A stretch of DNA of 42,891 bases, taken from the IMG/VR virus record IMGVR_UViG_3300045988_056259; one strand, given 5' to 3'. Shown one piece after another: positions 25,707-33,759 of this stretch (positions are counted from its first letter, which is position 1; each line of letters opens with the position of its first letter). The notes under the pieces were generated by a model. It worked only from the letters and a program-made list of their open reading frames with translations. It was not told where the DNA came from and ran no database searches. The translations under genes and the position numbers were made by a program. This stretch comes from a virus.

Positions 25707-27258
25707 AGAAGTAATTGACGGCATCCGCAAAGCCGTCATGGCATCCGAGGTGCGGGAGGATCTCGCCCAGATGGGCGAGTATGTGGAGCAGTTTGCCAAC
25801 ACGGCGGGCGAAAACATCCAGAAAGCCATCGACCCCACCCTCTCCCTCTCCGGCAAGGCTGCGGATGCGAAAGCGACTGGAGATGCGGTTGGTCAGCTAA
25901 AGAGGGCTTTGGCTGATTTTACTGTGGAAAGTGAAGAGAAGAAGACGCGCATGGAGAATCCTGAACATCACGCAGGATATTGGTGGGATGGAGAGCACGC
26001 AAACGATTCGTATTTTTATGTTAAACTATCGGTTAATGCCGGGGATGTAATTTGTGCCATAAACACGCTTAACAACAACATTACCCCAGTACGTTTTGTC
26101 GATGCTTACTCTGGAGCAAATCGTGTTGGTGATGCTAGCAGTAGTACAGACATAACGGAATATACTGTACCCGCCACTATTGATACGTTGTATTTGTCAA
26201 TCAATGTCAGAGAAAGCGAACGAGATTACATTCAAATCAAAATAACTACAACAACAGTAATTAAATCAATTATTGTTCCGTTTAATAAAAATGGAATAAT
26301 GACGAAAATCTCATCGCTTGAAATCGGGTATCTCTTGACTGCGTGTGAAAACTTCGATGTTAAGAAAAATCAGTCATATCGCTTTTATGCCCGTTTTGAT
26401 ACCTTCGACTCTGTGTCTGTATGTCACGGCTACAAAATATATGGTGGGTCATGGATTGAGGTTGGGTCAACAAATATCACTGCTTATTACTATAATGGTT
26501 CTTCTGCTGTACAGATGGGACAGTGGGCACATGGACTTGCCATTTCAGGATTCGTTGAAGTAATTGTAAATGTCGGTAATGTACAAAACCTTAGAGCAAA
26601 AGTTACAGTCATGTCTGAGACTGGTGACTTTACACAAGATGATGTTCCCATGGGCGGCTGCGCTGGCGATGTATCCGCATTCGGTAGACAGAAAATGACA
26701 GATGTATCTCTTTCGTATAGCATCGGGGATTTGAATGCAGATGTTTGGGTGTTTGGTGATAGTTATACATCTCTTGGTGACCCTAATCGTTGGACACACA
26801 AGCTAATGGATTACGGCTATAAAAATCTGCTGATGAGTGGATTCTCCGGCGCGACTAGCGCAGATCAGATTAAATCGTTCAGAAATTTGATTTCAATTGG
26901 AAAGCCGAAATATCTTGTGTGGGCTCTTGGCATGAATGATTCAGATACAGATGCTGCTGTTAATACAAGCTGGAAAGAGAGTTTTGACGAAGTGTCCGCG
27001 TGGTGCAATTTAAACAAGATTCAGTTTGTCGCATGTACAATTCCCAACACGCCGCGAGTGCGAAACGTGGAGAAAAATGAAATCGTCCGGTTAAGCGGGT
27101 ACAGGTACGTTGACTTCGCGAAGGCAGTGAATGCGGAAGAAGTCGGCTCTACATGGTATCCTGGAATGCTTTCTACTGATAATGTCCATCCTATCGAACT
27201 TGGAGCGAAAGCTCTTGCAAACAGGTTCTTGGTGGATGTGCCGGAAGTAATGGGCTAA
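25693..27258 (+). CDS. Receptor-binding / tail fibre protein with a C-terminal SGNH (GDSL) esterase domain.
   Basis: Conserved N-terminal anchor (IDPTLSLSGKAADAKATGDAV). SGNH blocks VWVFGDSYTS, GMNDS and DNVHPIELG. GC drops sharply after about 25900. Confidence 0.7.
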   Translation: MKPFKEVIDGIRKAVMASEVREDLAQMGEYVEQFANTAGENIQKAIDPTLSLSGKAADAKATGDAVGQLKRALADFTVESEEKKTRMENPEHHAGYWWDGEHANDSYFYVKLSVNAGDVICAINTLNNNITPVRFVDAYSGANRVGDASSSTDITEYTVPATIDTLYLSINVRESERDYIQIKITTTTVIKSIIVPFNKNGIMTKISSLEIGYLLTACENFDVKKNQSYRFYARFDTFDSVSVCHGYKIYGGSWIEVGSTNITAYYYNGSSAVQMGQWAHGLAISGFVEVIVNVGNVQNLRAKVTVMSETGDFTQDDVPMGGCAGDVSAFGRQKMTDVSLSYSIGDLNADVWVFGDSYTSLGDPNRWTHKLMDYGYKNLLMSGFSGATSADQIKSFRNLISIGKPKYLVWALGMNDSDTDAAVNTSWKESFDEVSAWCNLNKIQFVACTIPNTPRVRNVEKNEIVRLSGYRYVDFAKAVNAEEVGSTWYPGMLSTDNVHPIELGAKALANRFLVDVPEVMG

Positions 27259-27308
27259 AGGAAGCTTTATTTGACTATTCATCAACATAAAAAGAAAGGA
27301 CTGATATC

Positions 27309-27992
27309 ATGCTCCCCATTATGGACGTTTCCCGCTGGCAAGGCAGCATCAACTGGGACAAGGTCAAGGCAAGCGGCCTTGTCTCCGGTGTGATGCTTAA
27401 AACTGTCAGCACCAACCGCAAGCTGAGCAAGCGCAAGGACGGGCTGTACATCGACCCGACCTTTGAGCACAACTATGCCGAGTGCAAACGGTTGAGGATT
27501 CCGGTGGGAGTGTACTACTACACCTACGCCACCGATAAAGAGATGGCAGACGCAGAGCTTGCCTTGCTCAAGACTGCCTTGACCGGAAAGACCTTTGAGT
27601 TGCCCATCAGCGTGGACGTGGAGGACAACAAAATCAAGAAGCTGTCCACGCAGGCACTAACCGACCTTGCCGCCTATACGCTTGCTACGGTGGAGCACTG
27701 GGGCTTTTATGCCCTGCTGTATGTCGGGCTAAATTTTGCGCAGACGGAGTTGTACATGAATGGCGCGGCGCTGCGCAAGTACGATGTATGGCTGGCAAAA
27801 TATCCCAGAGACAAGAGCAAGACCAAACCGGAGGACAAGCCCAAAACAGACTTTTCCTTTGGGATGTGGCAGTACACCAGCACCGCCAGCGTGCCGGGCA
27901 TCAAGGGCAACGCAGACCTTTCCCACGCTTACAAGGACTACGTCAAAATCATCGCAAAGAAGGGCTTGACCCGTCTCCGGGAGGGCGCATGA
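27309..27992 (+). CDS. Endolysin, GH25 muramidase.
   Basis: Motifs DVSRWQGSINW, VGVYYYTYA, VDVED and MWQYTSTASVPGIKGNADL. Confidence 0.85.
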   Translation: MLPIMDVSRWQGSINWDKVKASGLVSGVMLKTVSTNRKLSKRKDGLYIDPTFEHNYAECKRLRIPVGVYYYTYATDKEMADAELALLKTALTGKTFELPISVDVEDNKIKKLSTQALTDLAAYTLATVEHWGFYALLYVGLNFAQTELYMNGAALRKYDVWLAKYPRDKSKTKPEDKPKTDFSFGMWQYTSTASVPGIKGNADLSHAYKDYVKIIAKKGLTRLREGA

Positions 27993-28378
27993 GCGAAAAA
28001 GAAGCTTTGCTGTGGGTGCTGGGCATCTTGGGCAGCGTGTGCGCCGCCGCGATCACACTGGACAAGGTGCTTGACATTATCCACAAGTACATCAAAAAAG
28101 TCAAAGAGCCGGACGCCGAACAGGACAAGCGTCTGGACGAGATGGACAGGCGTATCAGCACCATCGAACAGGGACAGCTGCAGCATGGTGCTGCCCTGAC
28201 CCGCGACCTTGAGCGATTTACCGAAATTGACGAGGTAAACCGCCTAACGCTTGAAGCTGTCCGCGCCCTGCTGGAATCGCAGCTGACCGGAAACAACGTG
28301 GCAGCCATGCAAGCCAGCAAGGAGAAAATCGATAACTACCTGATGGAAGGAGTAACCAAACATGGAAGCAATTCTTAA
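27989..28378 (+). CDS. Membrane-anchored coiled-coil protein of the lysis cassette.
   Basis: ATGA overlap with the endolysin gene. N-terminal TM segment ALLWVLGILGSVCAAAI. Confidence 0.5.
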   Translation: MSEKEALLWVLGILGSVCAAAITLDKVLDIIHKYIKKVKEPDAEQDKRLDEMDRRISTIEQGQLQHGAALTRDLERFTEIDEVNRLTLEAVRALLESQLTGNNVAAMQASKEKIDNYLMEGVTKHGSNS

Positions 28379-28703
28379 CACCATTCTCACCCCGCTGCCC
28401 TCGTGGCTGGCGCTGGTGCTCATCGTTGTGGGCGCTGTGTCGCTTGCGCTGGGACTTATCCGTCTGGGCTACGGCGCAGCGGTCAAGACGCTGGTGCTTG
28501 ACCTCATCGACCAAGCTGAGAAGGAGATTCAGGGCACTAAGCGCGGCGCAGAGCGCAAGGCGTGGTGCGTCAAGATGCTGCGCACCTATTTGAACAACAG
28601 CCGGTGGGGCAAGCTGGTCTCGTGGGCAATCACTGAAGAGACCATGAGCAAGGTAGTTCAGTTTTTCTTTGACCGGGCACGGTCGGCGCTTAGAAAGGAG
28701 TAA
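28362..28703 (+). CDS. Holin (LL-H-like, putative).
   Basis: N-terminal TM segment LPSWLALVLIVVGAVSLALGLI followed by AEKEIQGTKRGAERKAWCVKML. It lies adjacent to the endolysin gene. Confidence 0.55.
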   Translation: MEAILNTILTPLPSWLALVLIVVGAVSLALGLIRLGYGAAVKTLVLDLIDQAEKEIQGTKRGAERKAWCVKMLRTYLNNSRWGKLVSWAITEETMSKVVQFFFDRARSALRKE

Positions 28704-28707
28704 ATCA

Positions 28708-28902
28708 ATGAGTAAGCTCGATTCGAGAAAAGTAACTGGCGTCCAGCAAGACAAAATGCAGTCTGTCCTTTACAGTGCAAAGCAACTTGAAAAATGTATC
28801 AATGATGTTTGCCATGATGGACGTGAAAAGTCTCTTGCCATGACAAAGCTAGAGGAATGCGTGATGTGGGCAAACAAATCGATTTCGTTTGAAAACGGCT
28901 AA
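28708..28902 (+). CDS. Small hypothetical protein (64 aa) with the motif SLAMTKLEECVMWANKSI.
   Basis: AAAGGAG RBS. This is the internal start of track ORF 28669..28902. Confidence 0.6.
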   Translation: MSKLDSRKVTGVQQDKMQSVLYSAKQLEKCINDVCHDGREKSLAMTKLEECVMWANKSISFENG

Positions 28903-28913
28903 AGGAGGATATC

Positions 28914-29153
28914 ATGGCAAGCACTACATACCGCCATCTCGGCGACGTCACCGAGATGTGCGCCGCACGAGAGCAATTTCGGCACGCCACGAAAATGGTC
29001 AGCGCACGTTTTCGTGACCTCACGAAAACATACCATATTGCCGTGCTTGGCAATATGGTGCGCAACGCCGGACAGCTTCCGCAGCCCTTCTGGCTCGGTG
29101 CTGCCTGTGGCGGCGGCTCGTGTAGTGCTGCCCGCTGCGCTGCGAGGACTTGA
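28914..29153 (+). CDS. Hypothetical protein. Possibly the N-terminal part of a frame-split sigma-r4/ArpU-like regulator.
   Basis: Strong AAAGGAGG RBS. The first ~58 aa look native and the last ~20 aa (FWLGAACGGGSCSAARCAART) look out of frame. Confidence 0.5.
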   Translation: MASTTYRHLGDVTEMCAAREQFRHATKMVSARFRDLTKTYHIAVLGNMVRNAGQLPQPFWLGAACGGGSCSAARCAART

Positions 29154-29163
29154 CCGACAGAGG

Positions 29164-29331
29164 ATGACCGCCGCTATCAAAAGCGCACCGCTTGGGAGGG
29201 TTGACCGTAAGATAGCCTTACTGCGGTACGTTGAGCGGCTTCCACTGCCGGACATTGCAGCACAGACGCATTACAGCCGGACGGCGGTAGGCTACCGGCT
29301 GAAAGGCATTGATAAAATGCTGGATGCGTGA
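29164..29331 (+). CDS. Small HTH protein (sigma-70 region-4-like). The frame is open upstream to 28903.
   Basis: RKIALLRYVERLPLPDIAAQTHYSRTAVGYRLKGIDKML. ATG 29164 is the first ATG in the frame, and the track ORF starts at GTG 29014. Confidence 0.5.
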   Translation: MTAAIKSAPLGRVDRKIALLRYVERLPLPDIAAQTHYSRTAVGYRLKGIDKMLDA

Positions 29332-29376
29332 TATCATAATCTCAATTGGATGCGATTTCCCACGAAACGCATTGAA

Positions 29377-29410
29377 GCGGCAGGCTTTCGGGTCTGCCGC
29401 TTTTCTTTTT
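29377..29410 (+). terminator. Rho-independent terminator ending the late/lysis transcript.
   Basis: gcggcag-gctttcgggt-ctgccgc followed by ttttcttttt. Confidence 0.65.
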
Positions 29411-29420
29411 GCACGATTTG

Positions 29421-29429
29421 TGGTATAAT
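29421..29429 (+). promoter_or_regulatory. Extended -10 promoter element, TGgTATAAT.
   Basis: Consensus TATAAT at 29424-29429 with TG at 29421-29422. Confidence 0.5.
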
Positions 29430-29435
29430 ATTCAC

Positions 29436-29631
29436 AGACAATTCGCCTAATGAGTTGTTGGTGTGGTTCGGTCTAAAGACTTCTGCCGACACGAGCGCAC
29501 AGCTTACGAAGTTTAGTCTCCTGCTCGCCTACTTACAGTGCGTACCATGCGGGAGACGTCTTTAGATTTGAAAGGTTCTGGCCTTTGTAGAGAGCGGCAT
29601 TGCCTGTGGGCAGTTCCGCTCTTGATTTTTT
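29436..29631 (+). ncRNA. Candidate ~190-nt non-coding RNA, from its own promoter to its own terminator. Class unknown.
   Basis: No RBS-preceded ORF. A long-range 10-bp helix pairs gtctaaagac (29471-80) with gtctttagat (29558-67). The competing segment gaagtttagtctcc (29508-21) pairs with ggagac (29552-57). A terminator lies at 29591-29631. Confidence 0.4.
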
Positions 29632-29724
29632 GTCTTATTCGCACTAGTTTTATCGAAACTCTTGTCTTGCAAGTCAAAACGTGATATTTTATTTTTGCTT
29701 CCAATGTGAAGCCCTTAACAGTTA

Positions 29725-29765
29725 AGCACCCACGCGGCTTTGTGCCGTGTGGGTGCTTTTCTTTT
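29725..29765 (+). terminator. Strong hairpin terminator at the convergence point with minus-strand gene 29764..30261.
   Basis: 13-bp stem agcacccacgcgg/ccgtgtgggtgct, loop ctttgtg, followed by tttcttttac. Confidence 0.6.
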
Positions 29766-30261
29766 ACCCTTGCAACTCTTCTGCTGATACGTTACAGGCC
29801 GTTGCAATTTTCTTGAGCGTGGTCATCCGGGTAGGCTTTCCGGCTTCTGCGTGCTGGATAGTTGCAGTGGACAGACCGGTCTTTTCTGACAGCGCCCGGA
29901 TAGTCAGACCGGCGCTTTCTCTGGCGGCTTTGATTTTGGCCGCAGACACGCCAAGCGTCCTGTAATCGGGCGACATATACCCGATTTGGAACACGCCCTG
30001 CTGCTGCATCGACAATGCTTTGAGCGCAAAGCTGCTGTCAATGTCCTCGATGTCAACATCCTTCAGGACGTAAGCGCAGGCATTGTCAAGCTCCGGGGTC
30101 ATCTTGTGGAGCTTGTGCGCCAGCGTGATCTTCATCATAACGCCACGCACGGGAAATCGCGTAGCGTTGCTGAGATCTGCCTGATTTGCATGGTCAGGGG
30201 TGCAGGCTTCGTCCAGCAGGCGGTACAGTTTGCCGAGATTTCGGATAGTGGTGTTTTCCAT
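29764..30261 (-). CDS. Regulator with an unknown N-terminal domain and a C-terminal XRE-type HTH.
   Basis: C-terminus AAKIKAARESAGLTIRALSEKTGLSTATIQHAEAGKPTRMTTLKKIATACNVSAEEL. Confidence 0.65.
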   Translation of the reverse strand: MENTTIRNLGKLYRLLDEACTPDHANQADLSNATRFPVRGVMMKITLAHKLHKMTPELDNACAYVLKDVDIEDIDSSFALKALSMQQQGVFQIGYMSPDYRTLGVSAAKIKAARESAGLTIRALSEKTGLSTATIQHAEAGKPTRMTTLKKIATACNVSAEELQG

Positions 30262-30305
30262 GGTGTCCTCCTAACGCCCGTCCAGCCAGATAGCGCAGCT
30301 TTCAT

Positions 30306-30737
30306 TTAGATTTCGATGCTGGGTGCGGTGGAGATCGGATCCTCGTCCGGGTGCATATTGTTCCATGCCCGGACGATCTCATGCAGTCTTACGACTGCTC
30401 CATGCATATTAACGGATGCGTTCACGTCCAGATCGGTGATGGCGTTAAGCACGCTGACCATCTGGCTTTTGCCGTACTGCTTAGCCCACTGGGCAACTAG
30501 GGCGGTCTTGATGCGGTCTGCCAGATCATCCACGCAAGCGGCGAGCTCCTCCTCGGTGTCGTCCTCTCTCTTTGCGCCGAGGATCATATCCATTGCGCTG
30601 AGACCGGTAAACCGTTCGCCGTCATCCCAGCGGCTCTGATACTCAGCAACAATGCTATTGCGGACGCTATCATCCAGACCGTAGCCTGCTGTTGCAAGCT
30701 CTGCGTAACGGTCGTTCAGCTTCTCATAGATATCCAT
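30306..30737 (-). CDS. Acidic hypothetical protein (143 aa), first gene of the minus-strand two-gene unit.
   Basis: GGAGGAAC RBS on the minus strand. No motif recognised. Confidence 0.6.
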   Translation of the reverse strand: MDIYEKLNDRYAELATAGYGLDDSVRNSIVAEYQSRWDDGERFTGLSAMDMILGAKREDDTEEELAACVDDLADRIKTALVAQWAKQYGKSQMVSVLNAITDLDVNASVNMHGAVVRLHEIVRAWNNMHPDEDPISTAPSIEI

Positions 30738-30795
30738 TTTTTTGTTCCTCCTGCGTTGTTTTTGAGCTCCTCTTTACACTCTTATTATACTACAA

Positions 30796-30864
30796 AACTG
30801 CTACAAGTAATACAAGCGTAATCACTAAACTTTTCCTTATTTTTTTGTTTATTTTGTAGCAGTT
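30796..30864. promoter_or_regulatory. Divergent AT-rich control region with an 11-bp inverted repeat, aactgctacaa ... ttgtagcagtt.
   Basis: Arms at 30796-30806 and 30854-30864. A TATAAT (minus-strand sense) lies at 30784-30789. The region sits between divergent genes 30737(-) and 30955(+). Confidence 0.45.
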
Positions 30865-30954
30865 GTATTAGTTTATATTTGTCCTTCGTTTGGCGTTCGT
30901 TGTCTCTCCCGGCGTGGCATTCTGGTACGATAACCGCAAAAGGAGGGGGCGCTT

Positions 30955-31332
30955 ATGTGGCACAAGTTCAACCCAAACCCGCGCGGCAGCAGCGTCGGTG
31001 ACTGTGCAGTGCGAGCCGTTGCAGCTGCCACCGGGCAAAGCTGGGAGCAGGCGTATGTAGGGCTTGCAATGATGGGTTACGCACTGGGCGATATGCCAAG
31101 CGCCAACCGCACATGGGGCGCGTACCTCCAAAAGCGCGGATTTAAGCGCCGCCTTGTCGAGGCAGACTGCTCCACCTGCTACACCGTGGAGGATTTTGCA
31201 AGGGAGTACCCGCGCGGGATCTATGTTCTTGGCTGCTCTGGCCACGTTCTGGCTGTTATCAATGGCGAGTGGATGGATAGCTGGGACAGTGGCGCAGAGT
31301 GCCCGATATATTACTGGTACAAGGAGGACTAA
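30955..31332 (+). CDS. Hypothetical protein with a possible Cys/His/Asp (papain-like) arrangement.
   Basis: AGGAGGGGG RBS. Motifs VGDCAVRAV, CSGHVLAV and DSWDSG appear in the order C-H-D. Confidence 0.55.
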   Translation: MWHKFNPNPRGSSVGDCAVRAVAAATGQSWEQAYVGLAMMGYALGDMPSANRTWGAYLQKRGFKRRLVEADCSTCYTVEDFAREYPRGIYVLGCSGHVLAVINGEWMDSWDSGAECPIYYWYKED

Positions 31333-31335
31333 GCG

Positions 31336-31776
31336 ATGCCATACATTCCATACGGATACCAGCCCGGCTATTATGGGCAGGCAATGCCGGATCAGCTTGC
31401 ACAACTGCGTCAAAATGCTTATCAGCAGCCTATGATGGGGCAAGCGGCACAGCAGACGCAGGGCACGCCGTCCATCATTTGGGTGCAAGGCGAGGAGGGC
31501 GCAAAGGCATATATGGTTGCTGCCGGGAACAGCGTGCTCCTGATGGACAGCGAAAATAGCGCGTTTTACATCAAAAGCACCGATGCAAGCGGTATGCCGC
31601 TTCCCCTCCGGATGTTTGACTACAAGGAGCGCACCACAGCCGCAAAAACGCCGCCACAAACGGCGCAGCAGCCCGGCGTGGAGTTTGTCACCCGGGCAGA
31701 GTTTAACGCGCTGGCAGCCCGCTGTGCGGCACTTGAGAAGCAAGAGCCTGCAAAGCCTGAAACGGAGGTCAAATAA
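31336..31776 (+). CDS. Gln/Pro-rich hypothetical protein.
   Basis: AAGGAGG RBS. Core sequence PSIIWVQGEEGAKAYMVAAGNSVLLMDSENSAFYIKSTD. Confidence 0.6.
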   Translation: MPYIPYGYQPGYYGQAMPDQLAQLRQNAYQQPMMGQAAQQTQGTPSIIWVQGEEGAKAYMVAAGNSVLLMDSENSAFYIKSTDASGMPLPLRMFDYKERTTAAKTPPQTAQQPGVEFVTRAEFNALAARCAALEKQEPAKPETEVK

Positions 31777-31778
31777 GT

Positions 31779-32006
31779 ATGGCAAACCCTCTTTTTAACG
31801 CACTGGGCGGCGGTATGCCAGCCATGCCAAACCCTATGGGTCAGTTCGGGCAGATGATGCAGCAGTTCCAGCAGTTCCGTGCAAACTTTCAAGGCGACCC
31901 GAAAGCAGAGGTGAAAAAGCTGCTGCAATCCGGCAAAATGTCGCAAAATCAGCTGAACCAGCTGCAGGCGATGGCGCAGCAGTTTCAGCAGTTACTTCAC
32001 CATTAA
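31779..32006 (+). CDS. Small Gln-rich hypothetical protein (75 aa).
   Basis: GGAGG RBS. Sequence FQQFRANFQGDPKAEVKKLLQSGKMSQNQLNQLQ. Confidence 0.55.
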   Translation: MANPLFNALGGGMPAMPNPMGQFGQMMQQFQQFRANFQGDPKAEVKKLLQSGKMSQNQLNQLQAMAQQFQQLLHH

Positions 32007-32545
32007 ACGTCTTTCCAGACAAAGCCTTTACAAGACTTAATCCTACCTTTTGCGCAGTTGATGATTGTACAAGGCTTACATCCGTAAGCTCTGTCAGCTT
32101 CGGAATACCCACTCCACACCTTCATAAATTCACCAGATTTTGTGTATTGGGCAACCGGTTTGCTCAATGGGTTCAAAGACCCAGTTCTACCGCGCATATT
32201 AGAATCGGCACGAAGCCCTTTTGCAATTGCGTGTTGTGTATTCCCCTTGCGAGAAATCCATTCGAGATTTTCAACAAAATTATTGCTCTTGTTTCCGTCA
32301 ATATGATTTACACAAGGCAGATTTTCTGGATTTGGAAGAAATGCACTTGCAACAAGAACGTGAACGGATTTGTTTTTCTTTCCCGATTTATTGCAGAGCA
32401 TTACCGTTTTGTATCCGCTTTTATGGCTTTTGAGAACAAGATTCTTAGATTTTCCGGTGTGGTTATAATTCATGCTTTTTACGTTTCCACAATCGCTCAC
32501 TTCATATAATCCTTCGTATTCAGGAACAGGTAACCAATTCTCCAT
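32003..32545 (-). CDS. HNH homing endonuclease (NUMOD4 plus HNH_3 type).
   Basis: N-terminus MENWLPVPEYEGLYEVSDCGNV and HNH motif VNHIDGNKSNNFVENLEW. The gene is low-GC and antisense to its neighbours. Confidence 0.8.
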   Translation of the reverse strand: MENWLPVPEYEGLYEVSDCGNVKSMNYNHTGKSKNLVLKSHKSGYKTVMLCNKSGKKNKSVHVLVASAFLPNPENLPCVNHIDGNKSNNFVENLEWISRKGNTQHAIAKGLRADSNMRGRTGSLNPLSKPVAQYTKSGEFMKVWSGYSEADRAYGCKPCTIINCAKGRIKSCKGFVWKDV

Positions 32546-32646
32546 AAAAACCTCCTCATAGCATGGTGGATTTATCTGTTTCTATTATACCACAAAAATA
32601 CAATATCTGCGCAGATTTGTATAAAAAATTTTGAAAGGAGCTTACT

Positions 32647-33423
32647 ATGAGCTTATCTACCGATTCTCCTATGATGACTATGCCGGTTCAGCCTGCAAAT
32701 ACCTGTTCTAATGGTGGTTTTGGCTGGGGTGACGGCGGCTTGCTCTGGATCATCATCTTGTTCCTGTTTGCCTTCTGCGGCGGCTGGGGCGGCAACTGGG
32801 GCGGCAATGGCAACACCGGTGCCGGTGTCGTTGACGGCTACGTCCTGACCTCCGATTTTGCCAACATCGAGCGCAAGATGGATGGTATCAACAACGGCAT
32901 GTGTGATGGCTTTTACCAGCAGGCGCAGCTTGTCAACGGCGTTCAGCAGACCGTGAACAACGGCTTTATGTCCGCAGAGATCAGCCGCGCAAACCAGCAG
33001 GCGGCGTTCATGCAGCAGCTGTTTGCCATGCAGATGCAGCAGCAGGAGTGCTGCTGCGAGAACCGCTCTGCCATTCAGGGCGTCAACTACAATCTGGCCA
33101 CCCAGTCCTGCGAGACCCGGAACACGGTGCAGAACACCACCCGTGACATCATCGACAACCAGAACCAGAACGCCCGCGCCATCCTTGACGCCCTGACCGC
33201 ACAGCGCATCGAGGCAAAGGACGCAAAGATTGCTGAGCAGGGTCAGCAGCTGTTCGCAGCACAGCTTGCGGCATCTCAAGCAGCCCAGAACGAAACGCTC
33301 AAGGCCTACATGAGCGGTCAGCTGGCCTACTACAACCCCCGCCCTGTGCCTGCATTCCCGGTTCCTGCACCTTACCAGTACGGTAATTGCGGCACCGGTT
33401 GCGGCTGCAACGGTTGCGCCTAA
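32647..33423 (+). CDS. Membrane-anchored Gln/Cys-rich protein of unknown function.
   Basis: GAAAGGAG RBS. TM segment GLLWIIILFLFAFCGGWGGNWGGNGN, a central ECCCENRS motif and a C-terminal NCGTGCGCNGCA motif. Confidence 0.65.
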   Translation: MSLSTDSPMMTMPVQPANTCSNGGFGWGDGGLLWIIILFLFAFCGGWGGNWGGNGNTGAGVVDGYVLTSDFANIERKMDGINNGMCDGFYQQAQLVNGVQQTVNNGFMSAEISRANQQAAFMQQLFAMQMQQQECCCENRSAIQGVNYNLATQSCETRNTVQNTTRDIIDNQNQNARAILDALTAQRIEAKDAKIAEQGQQLFAAQLAASQAAQNETLKAYMSGQLAYYNPRPVPAFPVPAPYQYGNCGTGCGCNGCA

Positions 33424-33489
33424 CTGAATAACGGCAACTGACTACAATTTGTAGCCTGTTCAGCCCCTGAGCTGATTTTGCAAACCAGA

Positions 33490-33520
33490 GCGCCGGGGCA
33501 GTAGTCCCGGCGCTTTTATT
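33490..33520 (+). terminator. Rho-independent terminator.
   Basis: gcgccggg gcagtagt cccggcgc followed by ttttatt. Confidence 0.65.
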
Positions 33521-33537
33521 ATGAAAGGAGCATTCAA

Positions 33538-33759
33538 ATGACCGTAACAGACTTGAAACAGCAGTTTGTTGACCATCTGGCCAACATGGACAAAAACAAA
33601 ATGAGCATGACGGATCTGAGTTTATACAGTTCTATTTTGCATACTTTGATAGACACAGAACGACCGGACTTTTCAGCTTCCTGCATGGATGTTCTGAAAA
33701 ACATCTACGCAAGTAAAGCGGGGGTCTGCGCAGAAAAGGAGGACGCGAATAATGGCTGA
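33538..33759 (+). CDS. Small hypothetical protein (73 aa).
   Basis: AAAGGAG RBS. Confidence 0.55.
   Translation: MTVTDLKQQFVDHLANMDKNKMSMTDLSLYSSILHTLIDTERPDFSASCMDVLKNIYASKAGVCAEKEDANNG

Noticed and set aside
23835-25856. Very long antisense ORF of 673 aa. Similar cases are 16496-17920 (474 aa), 1661-2953 (430 aa), 19202-20314 (370 aa) and 13065-13979 (304 aa), all on the minus strand.
   Set aside because: They lie opposite well-supported plus-strand structural or replication genes. They lack RBSs and have low-complexity Ala/Gly/Val/Leu/His-rich translations. These are the typical shadow ORFs of GC-rich coding DNA.
29350-29565. 71-aa track ORF in the post-lysis intergenic region.
   Set aside because: It spans a terminator and a promoter, has no RBS, and has an implausible composition. 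The region is better explained as a terminator plus an ncRNA unit.
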